From Octopus sinensis (Eukaryota): 64,000 nt of DNA. The DNA is taken from positions 1 to 64,000 of the forward strand of contig NW_021833263.1 of assembly GCF_006345805.1 (NCBI RefSeq). Direction: 5' to 3'. Under the pieces are notes generated by a model. It had not been told where the DNA came from. It did not search any database and saw nothing but the letters and a program-made list of their open reading frames with translations. The position numbers and the translations under genes were made by a program. Positions 25,888-40,685 of the stretch are shown piece after piece (the stretch's first letter is position 1; every line of letters begins with the position of its first letter).

Positions 25888-27342
25888 AACATTATCAACA
25901 CCAGCCACATTATCATAGCCAACACGAACATTATCAACACCAGCCACATTATCATAGCCAACACGAACATTATCAACACCAGCCACATTATCATAGCCAA
26001 CACGAACATTATCAACACCAGCCACATTATCATAGCCAACATGAACATTATCAACACCAACCACATTATCATAGCTAACATGAACATTACGCCACTAGTC
26101 ACATTGTCATAGTCAGCATTAACATTTTCAGCTCAACATTATCATAGCAGATAAGAGCATTATCAAGACTAAATATATCATCATAACTAACATGAACTTT
26201 ATCAATACCTCACATTATCAAGACCAATATGAACATTATCAACACTAGCAACATTATCATAGCCAACATGAACATTATCAAGACTGGGTACATTATCATA
26301 ACCAATATGAACATTATCAACACCAGTGACATTATCATAGCTAACATGACTAGTATCAACACCAGCGACATTATCATAGCTAGCATGAACATTATCAAAA
26401 GACTAAATTCATTATCATAACTAACATGAATAGCCAACAGGGACATTATCAACACTAGCCTCATTAGCATAGCCAGCATGAACATTTTAAACACCAGCGA
26501 TATCATAGCCAACATGAACATTATCAAGACTAAATACATTATCATAACCAACATGAACGTTATCAACGCCAGTGACATTATCATAACCAACATGAACGTT
26601 AACGTCACCAGCTACATTGACATAATCAACATTATCAACACAGCCACATTATCATAGCCAACATGAACATTATCAACACCACCACATTATCATAGCTAAC
26701 ATGAACATTACGCCACTAGTCACATTGTCATAGTCAGCATTAACATTTTCAGCTCAACATTATCATAGCAGATAAGAGCATTATCAAGACTAAATATATC
26801 ATCATAACTAACATGAACTTTATCAATACCTCACATTATCAAGACCAATATGAACATTATCAACACTAGCAACATTATCATAGCCAACATGAACATTATC
26901 AAGACTGGGTACATTATCATAACCAATATGAACATTATCAACACCAGTGACATTATCATAGCTAACATGACTAGTATCAACACCAGCGACATTATCATAG
27001 CTAGCATGAACATTATCAAAAGACTAAATTCATTATCATAACTAACATGAATAGCCAACAGGGACATTATCAACACTAGCCTCATTAGCATAGCCAGCAT
27101 GAACATTTTAAACACCAGCGATATCATAGCCAACATGAACATTATCAACACTAGCAACATTATCATAGCCAACATGAACATTATCAAGACTAAATACATT
27201 ATCATAACCAACATGAACGTTATCAACGCCAGTGACATTATCATAACCAACATGAACGTTATCAACGCCAGTGACATTATCATAACCAACATGAACGTTA
27301 ACGTCACCAGCTACATTGACATAATCAACATTATCAACACCA
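25888..27342. repeat. 39-bp minisatellite with ~621-bp higher-order duplication
   Basis: Unit AACATTATCAACACCAGCCACATTATCATAGCCAACACG at 25888, 25927, 25966 and 26005. The anchor GCCACTAGTC occurs at 26091 and 26712. Confidence 0.9.
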
Positions 27343-28128
27343 ACTATATTTCATTGTATGTTACCGAGAATCCTGTTAAACTATTTTGAGGCCCTGTGTT
27401 TTTCGCCAGCGACTGACGATTCCAGCGTCACTGACCAAAGTACTTAGGTTACTTAAACCAGTTCACTAAATCTTGTACGAATGTACACTCAAGATTTTAC
27501 TTTAGTACATTACAATCAATCAATGAAATAGTTCTGCTTTTGTTGTTATTTTTTCAGAATGCAATAGAATATAAAAGCAAGTCCGGATCATAGCCATGAT
27601 GGTGATTCTACATCGTAATAACACGTTTCATGTGAGCCTCGTTTTCAGGTCAATGTTCTGTATTAATTCTCACTGGTCATTAAACCTTAAACTACGACCA
27701 ATTGTTTGTCAGTAGAGACTGTCTTGCTGCTGGTCACTCACTCTGGCAGAGTGACGTCAAAACAGATAGGTCAGGGACGTAGTGGGGATGTTGTGCGAAC
27801 GTAAATATTGATCGATTCATATTTTCTGTAGCCTTACAGCGTTTATATTTATATCTCATTCTATCTGTCTGCCTGTCTGTTTGTCCCTCTCTCTCTTTCT
27901 CTAGCTTTCCCTCTCTTTGTCTCTCGGCACACAGACACAAAACATAAACATATGCTTATGCATATCTATATGAGTATGCGTAAGTGCGTATACGTGTATA
28001 TGTATATGAGTATGTATATATATATGTAATATGTGTATATACATATATATATATATATAAATACACATACATATGGATATACACACACACATATATATAC
28101 ACATATACATATTTACATATATATATGC

Positions 28129-28185
<57 letters not shown>

Positions 28186-28216
28186 GTATGTATATAGATA
28201 TATATACACACATACA

Positions 28217-28252
<36 letters not shown>

Positions 28253-28270
28253 GTATATATATATATATAT

Positions 28271-28314
<44 letters not shown>

Positions 28315-28559
28315 CATGAGTGGTGGTTGAAATTTTTGTGCAACTAAATATATAAGCAAATGTACATTTATATGTGTGTGTGTGTGTGTGTGTAAGTGTA
28401 TGTATATACACATGCACACGCACACGAACACGCACACACACATGTATGCATATGTAGAAGCGAGACAGGCAGGAAAAGACAGATATTGATACAGATTGAG
28501 AGACAACGAAACAGAAAGAAAAAGGGGAATAGAAAGAGAGAGAGAGAGAGAGAGAGAGT

Positions 28560-28622
<63 letters not shown>

Positions 28623-28802
28623 TGAAACGTGGAAAGACGATATAACTTTGTAAAAAAACGTGAACTGTTCTGATCTATTGTTCAATATATCGTATTGAAT
28701 ATTCAATGTGCTGAATTGACTTCACAGCTTTTGATTATAGTTACTATTATTATTGCTATTTTTTCGTTATTCTAGTAGTAGTAGTAGTAGTAGTACTACT
28801 AC

Positions 28803-28842
<40 letters not shown>

Positions 28843-29033
28843 TTTGTTGTTGTGGTTGTTGTTGTTGTTGTTGTTATTATTATTATTATTATTATATTAT
28901 TATTATTATTATTATCATCATCATCATCATTATTACTGATGTTATCATCATCATAATCATTTTAGTATTATCATTACTATTTGTGTAACCTCTGATATTT
29001 TTTTAAATTGTTTTCACTTTTTCTTACGTTATG

Positions 29034-29106
<73 letters not shown>

Positions 29107-29300
29107 TATATATACATGATATATATGCGAATACCTACATACAAATGGATATATGTATATCCATTATATATATAATGGATATATGAATTTATATATATTC
29201 ATATATACATATATATATATAGATGATATATATGCACATATATACATGAAAATGTATATATATATATATAATACATGGTATGTACAAATGTATATCTATA

Positions 29301-29375
<75 letters not shown>

Positions 29376-30551
29376 ACATGATATATATGCACATATATAT
29401 ACATACAAATGTGTGTATATATGATTCGATCATGATCACCTGAGAAATATTCAATTAATAGCAAACAAACTCAGACTTGAGTCTATATAGAATACATCAT
29501 GCCAGACACACAGTTGTTATTGTTGCTTTTTAGACTTTCTCTTCGCACACATACACATGTATCTGTGTGTGTGTGCGTGTATGTGTGTGTGTGACTAATA
29601 GGTTTGGTATTACAAACAGGAACATAGAAGTCAAAACATAAGTTTATATATATTTTTGATAAATCTGTAAAAGTCACAAAGTAACTCAATCGCTGATAGT
29701 CTGGTGCACTGGCAGTCTTAAAATGGCTTCAGATTTGGCTGGTGTTATTTACAAAGACCAACAGCAATAATAAATATGAATGATAAATTATTCACGTGAC
29801 TACAATTTTTTGAATTTTACAAGTTTCCCAATTTAAATGAACTCCAATGCATGAAACTCTTGGCTCTTGCATCACTTTGTAACCTCTGCCAATTAAAGAA
29901 AAAAATATATGTACAAAATATATCGTTTACTTGTGGATTAACAATGTTTTCTGGTTTCATGCGGGAAATTCCACAATTACTCAAGAGTTCTACTTACAAA
30001 GGTTAGTGATCAGCCTCCATATTAGATAACGTGAGATTAGACGATTTTTACTAGATTTTAAAACGTTCCTTCGCTTAATATATCTACATGTAAGGGGAAG
30101 AAACACGTGTAGGGACCTCTTTAATTTTTATTTTTCTACCGTTGGCCTTGGTTTTCTGCAAGTATTAGTAAAAAGCTCGCGAATTTCGCGTTCAATACAG
30201 TAATTGTATTTTATGAGAGTATCCACATGCTCCCATACATATAAATGTATACATGTATCATACTTGTCTGGATGTCTGTGAACTTTTCTGGATGTATGTG
30301 CATACGTTACAATCATTTTACGTAATTTTATATAATATACTCGTATGATGTCTTGTATATGTGTTGCATATATTTTATACGTATGTTATACGGTTTATAA
30401 TTCAAGCATGAATTCATGTGGTCGAATACAGAGTGTATGTTTATGATGCATATTATGCAAATATATATCTTAAATTTATATCATATCTTAAATTTTTCTT
30501 TGCTTGATAGATAGTGAGGTCAATAAGAAGTCATACTTGAAATTTTGCAGC

Positions 30552-30902
30552 TTAAGCTATCGCTTGCGCATGGAGGAGAAGGTTTCTTAAGTAATTTTGA
30601 AAATGTTTGCTGTTTATTTTTAATTTCTCTGAAGTACAGAAATTGTAGTTGCTGCCTCGACCCTTATATTTGTTAACTGTAGCTATGATGTAAGGTATTT
30701 GGAGATTGTTTACATTCCTATGTTTAAGGTTCCATACCGTATAAGACAAAGATGCCGCATGTCTTTTTGTTTCTTTCTTCTCAACAAAGTCAGGTGATTT
30801 GTGTATCATATCTTGAAGGTCATTGAGAAGTAAGTTATTGTGGCCCCATTCATGCCAGCGATGGCCTTGTAAACCAATTTTTTTCCAGGCACATATACAC
30901 AT
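30552..30902 (-). pseudogene. Highly decayed PLE GIY-YIG endonuclease fragment
   Basis: KIGLQGHRW..KETKRHAASLSYTVWNLKH..IPYII..KYKG..YNFCTSEKLKI aligns by eye with the endonuclease ends at 7500-7790 and 11843-12190. Confidence 0.6.
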
Positions 30903-31272
30903 CGTTTTGCCAAGATGCTAAGTGGCATTTTATTTGTCTTCGCGTTTTGAGTTCAAATTCTGCCGAGGTCATCTTTGCTGTCGAACTCTTTCCGGGTCGA
31001 TAAAATAAATACCAGTAAAGTACTGGGGTCGATGCAATTGAATTCCCTTCCCCTCAAAACTGCTGGCCCAGTACCAAGATTTAAGACTATTATTATTATT
31101 AAGGCGGGAATCTAGCAGAATCGTTAATACGTCGGACAAAATGCTTAGCGTCATTTCTTCCCCCTTTTTACGTTCTGCGTTAAAATTCAGCAGAGATCAA
31201 TTTTTGCCTTTTATCGTTTCCTGGTCAATAAAATAAAGTGCCAGTCAAGAATTGGCTCCCCTCAAAATTGCT
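30903..31272 (+). mobile_element. Two tandem SINE family 1 copies (30903-31085, 31101-31272)
   Basis: GAGTTCAAATTCTGCCGAGGTC..GGGTCGATAAAATAAATACCAG..GTACTGGGGTCGAT; the second copy starts AAGGCGGGAATCTAGCAGAATCGTTA. Confidence 0.7.
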
Positions 31273-31898
31273 ATTCAAAAGGTTACTCAATCTAATATTT
31301 TACATGCTATTATTTATAGCTTTCTGTGCTTCTAAATCCATTTCAAAGTAAGAAAAATTAAATATATATTTATTAAGAGATAGATAGATAGGGAAAGGGA
31401 GAGAGAGAGATCATTGCAGTTTAGTTTTAACACATTAACAGAATGGAGTCATAACTAAAATTGCATTTTTAATACTGATTGTTGTTGATGGTGGTGTCTT
31501 TTCCTGTTTTATTTTATGCTATTCTATTTTGATTTATTCTATTTCTTTTTCTAAGCCAAAGTCAGTCGTAGTCGAAGGTGATCCAGTCTTAAGCTGTTCT
31601 CTGTAGTAAGAGAAGTTGTTGTCTATAAGTGGTTACTGAGCAGATTTAGCTGCTACTTCTTGCAGCCGTAGAGGCTTCACCTTTCAATATATTTCGAACT
31701 AAAGCCACCCTGTAAGATTACAGTTGTCGAGGTATATCGATTCAAGTGGCCTTTAGATTAATATTAGCACCTGAACTAAGATACTAACGAGTAAGTGTTC
31801 TTTCCTTCTTTCTCTTTCTTCCCCTTTCTTTCTTTATTTCTTTTTTTCTTTCTTGACACGTTTTTGGCCAGTCACAATATGAAACACCCAATTCACAG

Positions 31899-31938
<40 letters not shown>

Positions 31939-32295
31939 TAGAAAGTTGGGTGGTAGACCCCGAAGAAATTTGACTTCGGCGTGATTTGAACTCAACACCG
32001 ACAGCAGGACAAAATACTGTAAGGTAATGTTTCTATCAGGTGTATTAAAGTGCCTGTCAGTTTATCACAAGAAAAAACAATATCAACAACAACCGCAAGT
32101 TCCACAACGACAAGAATAATACCATCATCTACATCAGCATCAGCAACATCAATAACAACATCAATATCAATAACAACAAGATCAACACCGTCAACATCAA
32201 CAGCAGCAACCACATCACCAACATCAATATCAACGTCAACAATATCATCAACAAGTACATTGGCAACAACAAAATCAACATTAGACATTACATTA

Positions 32296-32677
32296 GTTCG
32301 TCCGTCGTTATCGACGATGACCAAGGATATCATGTGGAAGAAGGCGGGTCACGGTGTACTCGGCTGTGGCCGATCAGTACGATGCGTGCTCAGAGGGCTT
32401 TGCTACAGATTGGGCACTGATGGTCTGCTCGGACTGAAAGCAAGGAACTGGATCTGGTCTTGCGAAGTTCGCGTTTTTTTTTGTGCCTCTGCAATCATGT
32501 TCTGTTCGTAGGAGGTGGCACTTCTGTTGGTGCAGCTCCACCAGACAATGCTTTCATTTCTCGGTGACGGAATTTACCTCAAAGCTCTTCAGTGAGGTTG
32601 TGAGTGTATCCATCAAGCGCTTTCCTGCCCACTGTGCATCCGTTTGCCTTTTGCCAGTTATTAGTTCTGACATACGG
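32296..32677 (-). mobile_element. RTE-clade (BovB-like) LINE 3' fragment
   Basis: G(R)KRLMDTLTTSLKSFEVNS..ATSYEQNMIAEAQKKRELRKTR..HQCPICSKAL*ARIVLIGHSRVH, followed by a short 3' UTR ending GGTCATCGTCGATAACGACGGACGAAC. Confidence 0.82.
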
Positions 32678-33442
32678 TCTCTCTCTCTCTTGCTCTCTCT
32701 CTCTCTCTCTTGCTCTCTCTCTCTCTTGCTCTCTCTCTTGCTCTCTCTCTTGCTCTCTCTCTTGCTCTCTCTCTTGCTCCATCTCTTTCTTGCTCTCTCT
32801 CTCTCACACACACTCACACAATAATAGAATGAGTTATATCAACTGCAATTCTCGAAATGGTGAAGACAAAATTTGACTGCTACGCGATTCGAAAACACAA
32901 CCTGACGGGGGCCAGCTAAATATATTTTGTCTGTCCATTTACCGAATCTACCACCAAATGCCGAACATTTTGAATGAAACGATATTAATGGGAGCTTTTC
33001 ATTATTTTACACTTATATCAATTATGCACATATTTTATTTTAATTTTTATTACATTTTCTGTTTCTTTTTAGCTTGTTTATCAGTCCAGGCTGGTATACC
33101 AGCTTCAAGGTATTTTGTCGAACAAATTGACTTCTATGAAAATGATGAACTGGATGATGATGATGACCACGATAATGAGAGTGACTACGACGACAACGAC
33201 GACGAAGATGATGATGATTAAGATGGTGACGACGACGACAATGCAAATGACAAAGACGACAACGATAAGTGGTGATAATAATATACTAACCATTGACTTC
33301 ATAAATGTTATTGCTTGTCAATGGTAGATCAATGGTAGACCTATGATCAAAGACTTTCTAATCGTGACCATCCTGTCTGTTTAGATTGGAGGTCATGAAG
33401 AACAGAATACACTATCTAGTAAGTTTTCCGTTTTTATAGAGA

Positions 33443-33689
33443 AGACAGATAGAGAAAGAAAGAGGGGGGAAAGAAGAGAGAGAAGAGAGGGAGAAAGAGA
33501 GAGTGATAAAGCGAGGGAGAGAGAGAGAGAGAAAGTTAGAACGAGAGAGAGAGTTAGAGAGAGAATGAGTTAGAGAGAGAGAAAGAAAGCGAGAGAGAGA
33601 TAAAGTGAGAGAGAGGGTGAGAGTTAGAGAGAGAGAAATCTAGAAGGAGAGAGAAAGCGAGAGAGAAAGAGAGAGAGAGAGAAAGCGAG

Positions 33690-33722
<33 letters not shown>
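33443..33722. repeat. ~280-bp imperfect (GA)n polypurine tract
   Basis: Directly visible. Confidence 0.9.
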
Positions 33723-35435
33723 TTTGACTGCTATTTGTAAGAAATTCAATGATCACAGAGAGATTGTTTTTTCATTGGTCCGAAGTACTAATGGTGGCCG
33801 GTCTGGTATTGATGGTTTGGCACAGGTCGTAGTGGTGGTACTTGTATTGATGGTTGTTCATGTGATGATGGTAAAACTAGTATCGATGGGTTAGTGAAGA
33901 GGGAAGTGTTGGTGCACTACTAGTAGCGATAATGGCCGTGGTGCTGGTATGGGAGATGGTGGTGATGGTATTGATGGCTAAACGTGGTGTTGGTGGTGGT
34001 GGTGGTAAGGATGGTGTCCTGTTACTGAAAGCAGTTGCGATAGTAGTTGAGGTGAAAAGTGTAGGGATGATTGTGGTGGAGTGAGGGACGTAGTAGCAGC
34101 GATGGAGGAGGCATTAACCATGATGGAAATACGATGATGAAAAGGATGATAATGATGATGATGGTGGTGGTGGTGGTGGTGGTGGTGGTGCTGATATTGG
34201 TGCTGGTGCTGGTGAGGATGATGATGATGATGATGGTGGTGATAGCGTGATGTTGATCGTAATGGTTGTGGTGGTGATGGTTGTTGCGGTTGTGGTGGTT
34301 CGGTAGTAGCGGTGGTGGTCGGAGTAGTGGTGGTAGTGGTGGTGGTGGTGGTGGTAGTGGTGGTGGGGCGGCGGCGGCGGCGGCGGCAGCGGCGGTGGCG
34401 GTGGTGGTGGTGGTGGTGGTGGTGGTGACGGCGGCGGCGGTGGCGGTGGTGGTGGTGGTGGTGAATAGTTACATTAAGTGGTAGGGTGAGTTGAAGGAGT
34501 GACGATTGCTCGAAATATTTGCACCGTAACGATGATGATGACGAAAGTGACGACGACTAGAAACCATAGTGCGAATTATGAATTACGTACAATGGCTAGT
34601 GATGGTTAATGATGGTTAATGATTGTAGTGATTGTGACGACGATGATGACAAAGACACAATTTCCTCACCTCCGAACCTTCTTCTTCTCCCACCCACCAC
34701 CTCCATCTACCATTCCACCAAAAGTTCCATTCAATAGACATTCCAAATTTTCTCAAAATCCTATTTTGAGACACTCTTTCATCATTTCATTAACAATTTC
34801 AAAACTTTGCTTTTATCGTTTAGATTTTTTTATTATTCTTTACTGTCTCTGGTTTTCACAATTTCATTTTATACTACACTTACGGATATATATATATATA
34901 TATATGCATATATATGTGTGTATATATATATGAATATGCATATATATGTGTGTATATATATATGAATATGCATATATATACGTACATACATACATACACG
35001 CACAAAAAGACATACATGCACAAAAAGACGTATATATTTATATATATATAAATACACATATATTTACAAGCATTTATACATTCCTATATATATATATATG
35101 TAATGCATGTATATGTATGCATATGTATATGTGTATATGTTTATGTATATATATATGTGTGTATATATATATATATGTGTGTGTCAGTGCATGTATTATG
35201 TAGGTATGTTTGTGTGTCTGTGTTTGTATTCGTAGGTGTGTGTGTATGTGCGTGTATGGCCGATTCTTTTAATAAAAGACCTTTGCACATATCTGTACAC
35301 ACGCATACACACCATCATTTGAGAGTGAATATAATTGCACACAGCTCCACACTTGTCACGCACTATATACGTATGGTATATAAACACATATTTGCGCATA
35401 TAATAGAAACATAAGAACACATACACACGCGCACG

Positions 35436-35475
<40 letters not shown>

Positions 35476-35592
35476 ATAGATACGCGCACACACAAATATT
35501 AAAATACATATACATACACACATATATACAGAAACATACGTACAAAATAATTTTCTCACCAGTTCCGCTCATGCAAAAGAATATGATATACC

Positions 35593-35654
<62 letters not shown>

Positions 35655-36355
35655 TAATAATATAATGAATAAAAAATAAAAACAAGACAGCAAGGTAAAC
35701 ATTAAAAAAGAAAGGCAGCAACAAAATAATATAAAAGAGCAGTACAACAACAACAACTATGAGAACAACGTAACAAAAAAAAAAATGAAGATATACCGCT
35801 CAGAAAACTAAAAAAAAAACGAACAAGCGAAAAGAAAATAAAGTAAAAATCTTCCGTCAATTATGACTAATTGAAATAACCTTTCAAGGTATTGCAGCTA
35901 ACGCCTGTGAAGTAAAGGGAAAGGAAATTGTCCAGTCACCTCCATTCCACCATATTGGAATATAGCGTCTGTTTGGTTGCTTCTCTGCGTTTGCTTCCTT
36001 CCATTCTTCATTTCGTTGCATTCGATGAACTCTTTTACTTTTCCCTTCCAAATATATATACATATATCTTATATGCATACAAACGTACATACATACATAC
36101 ATACATACATACATACATACTACATGCATACAATCATATATACATATGTGTGTGTGTGCACGTATGCGCCTATATGTGTGTATATGTATACATGTATGTA
36201 TATGTTTATATATGTGTATATATATGTATATATATATACATATATATGTATATATTTGTGTGTATATATATATATATATAATATAAATAATATATATATG
36301 CATATATACATACGTATATGTATATATGTACATAGATCTATATGTGTATATATAT

Positions 36356-36401
<46 letters not shown>

Positions 36402-36753
36402 TTATTTATAAATATATATGTATGTTGTGCGTACACATACACACACATACACACATGCTTTACTTTCGTCTGCCTCGCCATTATCGATTGTCTGTTGCAT
36501 CTCTCTCTGTCTCCCTGTCTCTCCTTCTCCACCCCCACATATACATACATATATAATAATATATATATATAATACATATACATATATAATTATATATATA
36601 TACATATATATGTAAGTCGGTATGTATGTGTGTATATATTTACATATACATATATTTATGTATGTCTGTATGTATATATGTGTATGTATGTATGCGTGTA
36701 TATATGTATATATATATATGTATATATGTATATGTATATATATATATATGTAT

Positions 36754-36785
<32 letters not shown>

Positions 36786-36923
36786 GTCTTCTTTTCTGTA
36801 TTCCTCTTCCGTGCATCCTTTCTCTAGTATTCTACCTCACTTTATCTTAATTTCCGTACAATTTCATCAATAATTCTTTCTGTTTCTCACTCTAACTTCC
36901 ATATTAAATATATCTCCCATCCA

Positions 36924-36986
<63 letters not shown>

Positions 36987-37994
36987 ACTCTCTTTTTTCT
37001 CTCTTTGTCTCTCTACCTTTCTCCCTCTCTCTTTTTCTGTCTTTCTCTCTGAACATAAATGCTCCCCTCTCATTCTCTCTCTCTTTCTCGATTCTTTTGT
37101 CTTCCATACTAAACCTTTGTATCATTCATTTTCATTCTCTCAATCTCCGCCATTTTTGATCGTCTGCTATTTCTACAATTCTCCCACTCCCTTTCTTTCA
37201 CAGTACATTTTATTATTTCGTCGTTTCTTTTTCCCTTTCTCTCGCCTTTTCGATCATTAGTATCTCTCACATCCTTTCCGTCCCTATCTATTGATCATAT
37301 TTTACCTTTTTTCTTTTTTTTTTATCCAACCTCTTTCTCTCTGTTCCATTTTCTCTCCGTATCTGGTGTTTAATCAAACACATTCGTTTTCACCCCTCGT
37401 TTCCTTTCCCTCTCTATTTTCCCTTTTCCCTCATTCACTTTTTCTTTACTTCTTTTTCATCAACTTCTCTTTGTACTTCCGTCTCTTTCACTAGCTTCTC
37501 TTTCTTACACCTTTTCACGTCCTTGCCGATCTCTATATTTCTCTGTATTTCCATCTATTAATCTCTTCCATGATACGTCATTACATTTTCACCGATCCCT
37601 TTCTTTTATTCTGTCTTTCTTTCCTTTCTTATTTATTTATTTACTTATTCATTCATTCGTTCATTTATTCATTCATTCATTCATTCATTCATTCAGTCAT
37701 TTGTTTATTCTCTTTTCTTTCGCCATTCTTGCATCATCTCTTTCATCATTTTCATCTTATTTTTCCGTTTTCCTTCGCTAACTTACCGTTCTTACTTTCT
37801 TCCTCTCTCTCTTTCTAAACTCTTCCACCCCTCTTTCTTCCGCTAGATCTTACTTTTATTCACCATCCCGTTATTTTGTTCCCCGCCCCTTACACCAACC
37901 TTTTCCCAATTTCTATCATTTTAGCCCTTCCTCTTTATCTTTCTTATCTCCCGATACAGTCTCCCTTCACAACCCTATCTCTGTGCCCCCTCTC

Positions 37995-38043
<49 letters not shown>

Positions 38044-38240
38044 TCATCACAATAGTTTCACTCTTTCCTCAACTATTCTCTCTCTACTTTCTCTCTATTT
38101 TCTTTTTCCCACTCCATTTGTCTGCAAGATTTTCTCTATTACTTTTCCCCTTTCACAAATACATAAACAGAAATGCATATACATGCATACATGCATAGAT
38201 ATTTATTTTTATATATATAGAATATATATATATATATATA

Positions 38241-38548
38241 ATTCTCTCGCAGGAAGGCCTATTGGATTAGTGTTCTGTTATGCCTTCGAAACATGCCTGA
38301 CTCCTCTAGCGACAGCTGATGACGGGGGTTTTTGTCCTTGTGTAGCTCGTCCTGTATTTGTTTTTTCGTTTTCTTGTTTTTCGTTTTCCGTTTTCTTGTT
38401 TTTTGTTTTTTTGGGCTTTTTTCCGTTTCTAACTCTTATTGTGATGTCCTGTACTCCCGTATAATTATTTATATATGCATGTATATATACATGTAGATGT
38501 AGGTACGTACATATATGTTTGTATGTATGCATATATTTTTATTTATCT

Positions 38549-38551
<3 letters not shown>
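38241..38551 (+). mobile_element. (TA)n-inserted element family C, copy 1
   Basis: Near-identical to the reverse complement of 58937-59228. Contains hairpin GAAGGC..GCCTTC, GAAA (38288-91) and CTGATGA (38316-22). Confidence 0.75.
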
Positions 38552-38596
<45 letters not shown>

Positions 38597-38606
38597 ATAT
38601 ATAAAA

Positions 38607-38922
38607 CATTATTGGTGAATTGAAGAAATGGAGCTGAACGCAGATTGAACAGAAATCGTTTTATTTCATTCTACACGTGTTTCGAAAGGCACGTGTAGAA
38701 CACGTGTAAGAATGAAATAAAACGATTTCTGTTCAATCTGCGTTCAGCTCCATTTCTTCAATTCACCAATAATGCTTTAATTTCAAATATCCGCACCAAC
38801 GCACGGTTGCAACGCCAGATGGTTGTACCTCCAACCGTGCTGTTCACTGCTGTGATTTTTGCTACTAAGGTATCGGTTAAACTTTTGATTAATCTACTAC
38901 AAGATTATTCATCTTTCTATTT

Positions 38923-38927
<5 letters not shown>
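38607..38927 (+). mobile_element. Solo family A pLTR/tail with fold-back (arms 38607-38680 and 38700-38774) in (TA)n
   Basis: 38700-38927 is a diverged reverse complement of 10930-11150, and the inverted arm duplicates its 5' part. Confidence 0.82.
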
Positions 38928-38964
<37 letters not shown>

Positions 38965-38971
38965 ATATATA

Positions 38972-39004
<33 letters not shown>

Positions 39005-39330
39005 ATATATAGAGAGAGATATGTATTTATATATATATCAATTTTTGTTGCATGATTCCTGATATGTGTGTATGTATGTGTGTGTGTGGGGGGGGGGGGG
39101 GTAGACATGCTATATATATATACATATAGGCATATCTTTCAGCATATTTCCTCACCATTTTATTTTTGTTGCTTGACTCTACATCAGCACTAAGCACACT
39201 AGGTATTTCTAGCACACATCCCTCAAATTGCTATAGCTTCTCCTTGTCATGTTTGTTATTATCTCGACCAACACTACCACCAACATCACTAACACCATCA
39301 CCATCATCACAACGACGACCACCATCAACA

Positions 39331-39367
<37 letters not shown>

Positions 39368-39627
39368 TTACTACTACTACTACTACTACTACTACTACAC
39401 TACTTCAACTACTACTACAGGTATCACATAATTCCTGAAAGTAGCACTACTAGCTACTACCAGCAGGAATTCCACAAATACCAGACATGGGTCTAAGGTT
39501 CAGAAATTGCTTACGGATCCAGATTATATATTGTTACATGGACATGTGTCATGTATCATAACCTCGGGTCGTGAGTTTGAAAGACGAAAACTATAGAGAA
39601 GCCTGTTATATATATACATATACATAC

Positions 39628-39667
<40 letters not shown>

Positions 39668-40213
39668 CATACATTGTGTGTATATATATATATCTATATC
39701 CAAGTATGTAAGGAATGGAAAAGGTACAATAAAACTAGATAGGTTTCGTACATTACTTGCGACATACAAATCCTGTTTAGCTAATTCTTAGGTGGAAGGT
39801 AATCGGACTTGGATATTAACCAAACAGGTTTTGTGCTACAAGTTACGCAACAAACGATGATTATCTTGAAACATATGTAGTCTTTAATACCTTTTCTATT
39901 CGTTCTAGTCTTGGATCCTTATTCACATATCTAGCAGTTTTAGTTGCTTAACTGTGAGTTGTATTGTGACTGACAGCTTATCGAAATTTCCATTGATTTC
40001 AATATAGGACGAACTGAATAACAGACGAAGGTTATTAAAGGTGGATCGTATACTGTCCACCTTTTGTCATCTATATTAGCTGTGTACATACGCTTGAACC
40101 TTACTAACTTCCTATAACAGGATCCTTCAGATCGTGCAACCTTATGACACTGTATGTAATGTATGCAATGTATGTATGCATGTATGTACGTATGCATGTA
40201 TGCATGCATACCC

Positions 40214-40247
<34 letters not shown>

Positions 40248-40424
40248 ATGCGTATATAACTTCCTCTCTACACATCATACATATATATATTCCCATAGAA
40301 CCACTTTGCTTCCTGGGTCTCGACCCTCTCACTTTTAATTCATTGTCTTCCCTGCCGCAACGTTCCCGGTTTTTCCTCTTTACTTTTAAGTGTTAAATTA
40401 TTATACTTGTGAAAGCTTGTAGCT

Positions 40425-40518
40425 TGTTCAAAGACAACACTCCACCTGGTTCAAGAATCGAACCCGTGATCTTATGATCGTGAACCCAACACTCTTACTG
40501 CTATGTCACGCTTCTCCC
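40425..40518 (-). mobile_element. tRNA-like SINE head fragment (third family)
   Basis: The minus strand has a B-box GGTTCGATTC (40464-40455) preceded by an A-box-like segment and followed by TGTTGTCTTTGAACAAG. It does not form a complete cloverleaf. Confidence 0.55.
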
Positions 40519-40685
40519 TACACTCACACGCACACATGCACACATACACACACACATACACACACTCTTATATAATCTCCTACACGCACACACATACACA
40601 CACACACACATATATATATATATACATCGCACTCACTCACACACATATATATGTATGCATACGTATATGTATATATATATATATA

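Noticed and set aside
25888-27342. Regularly spaced repeats as a CRISPR-like array
   Set aside because: The units are contiguous with no unique spacers, there are no cas genes, and the context is eukaryotic.
40425-40518. tRNA gene
   Set aside because: A B-box is present but the acceptor and anticodon stems do not close, and the sequence continues into SINE-body-like sequence.
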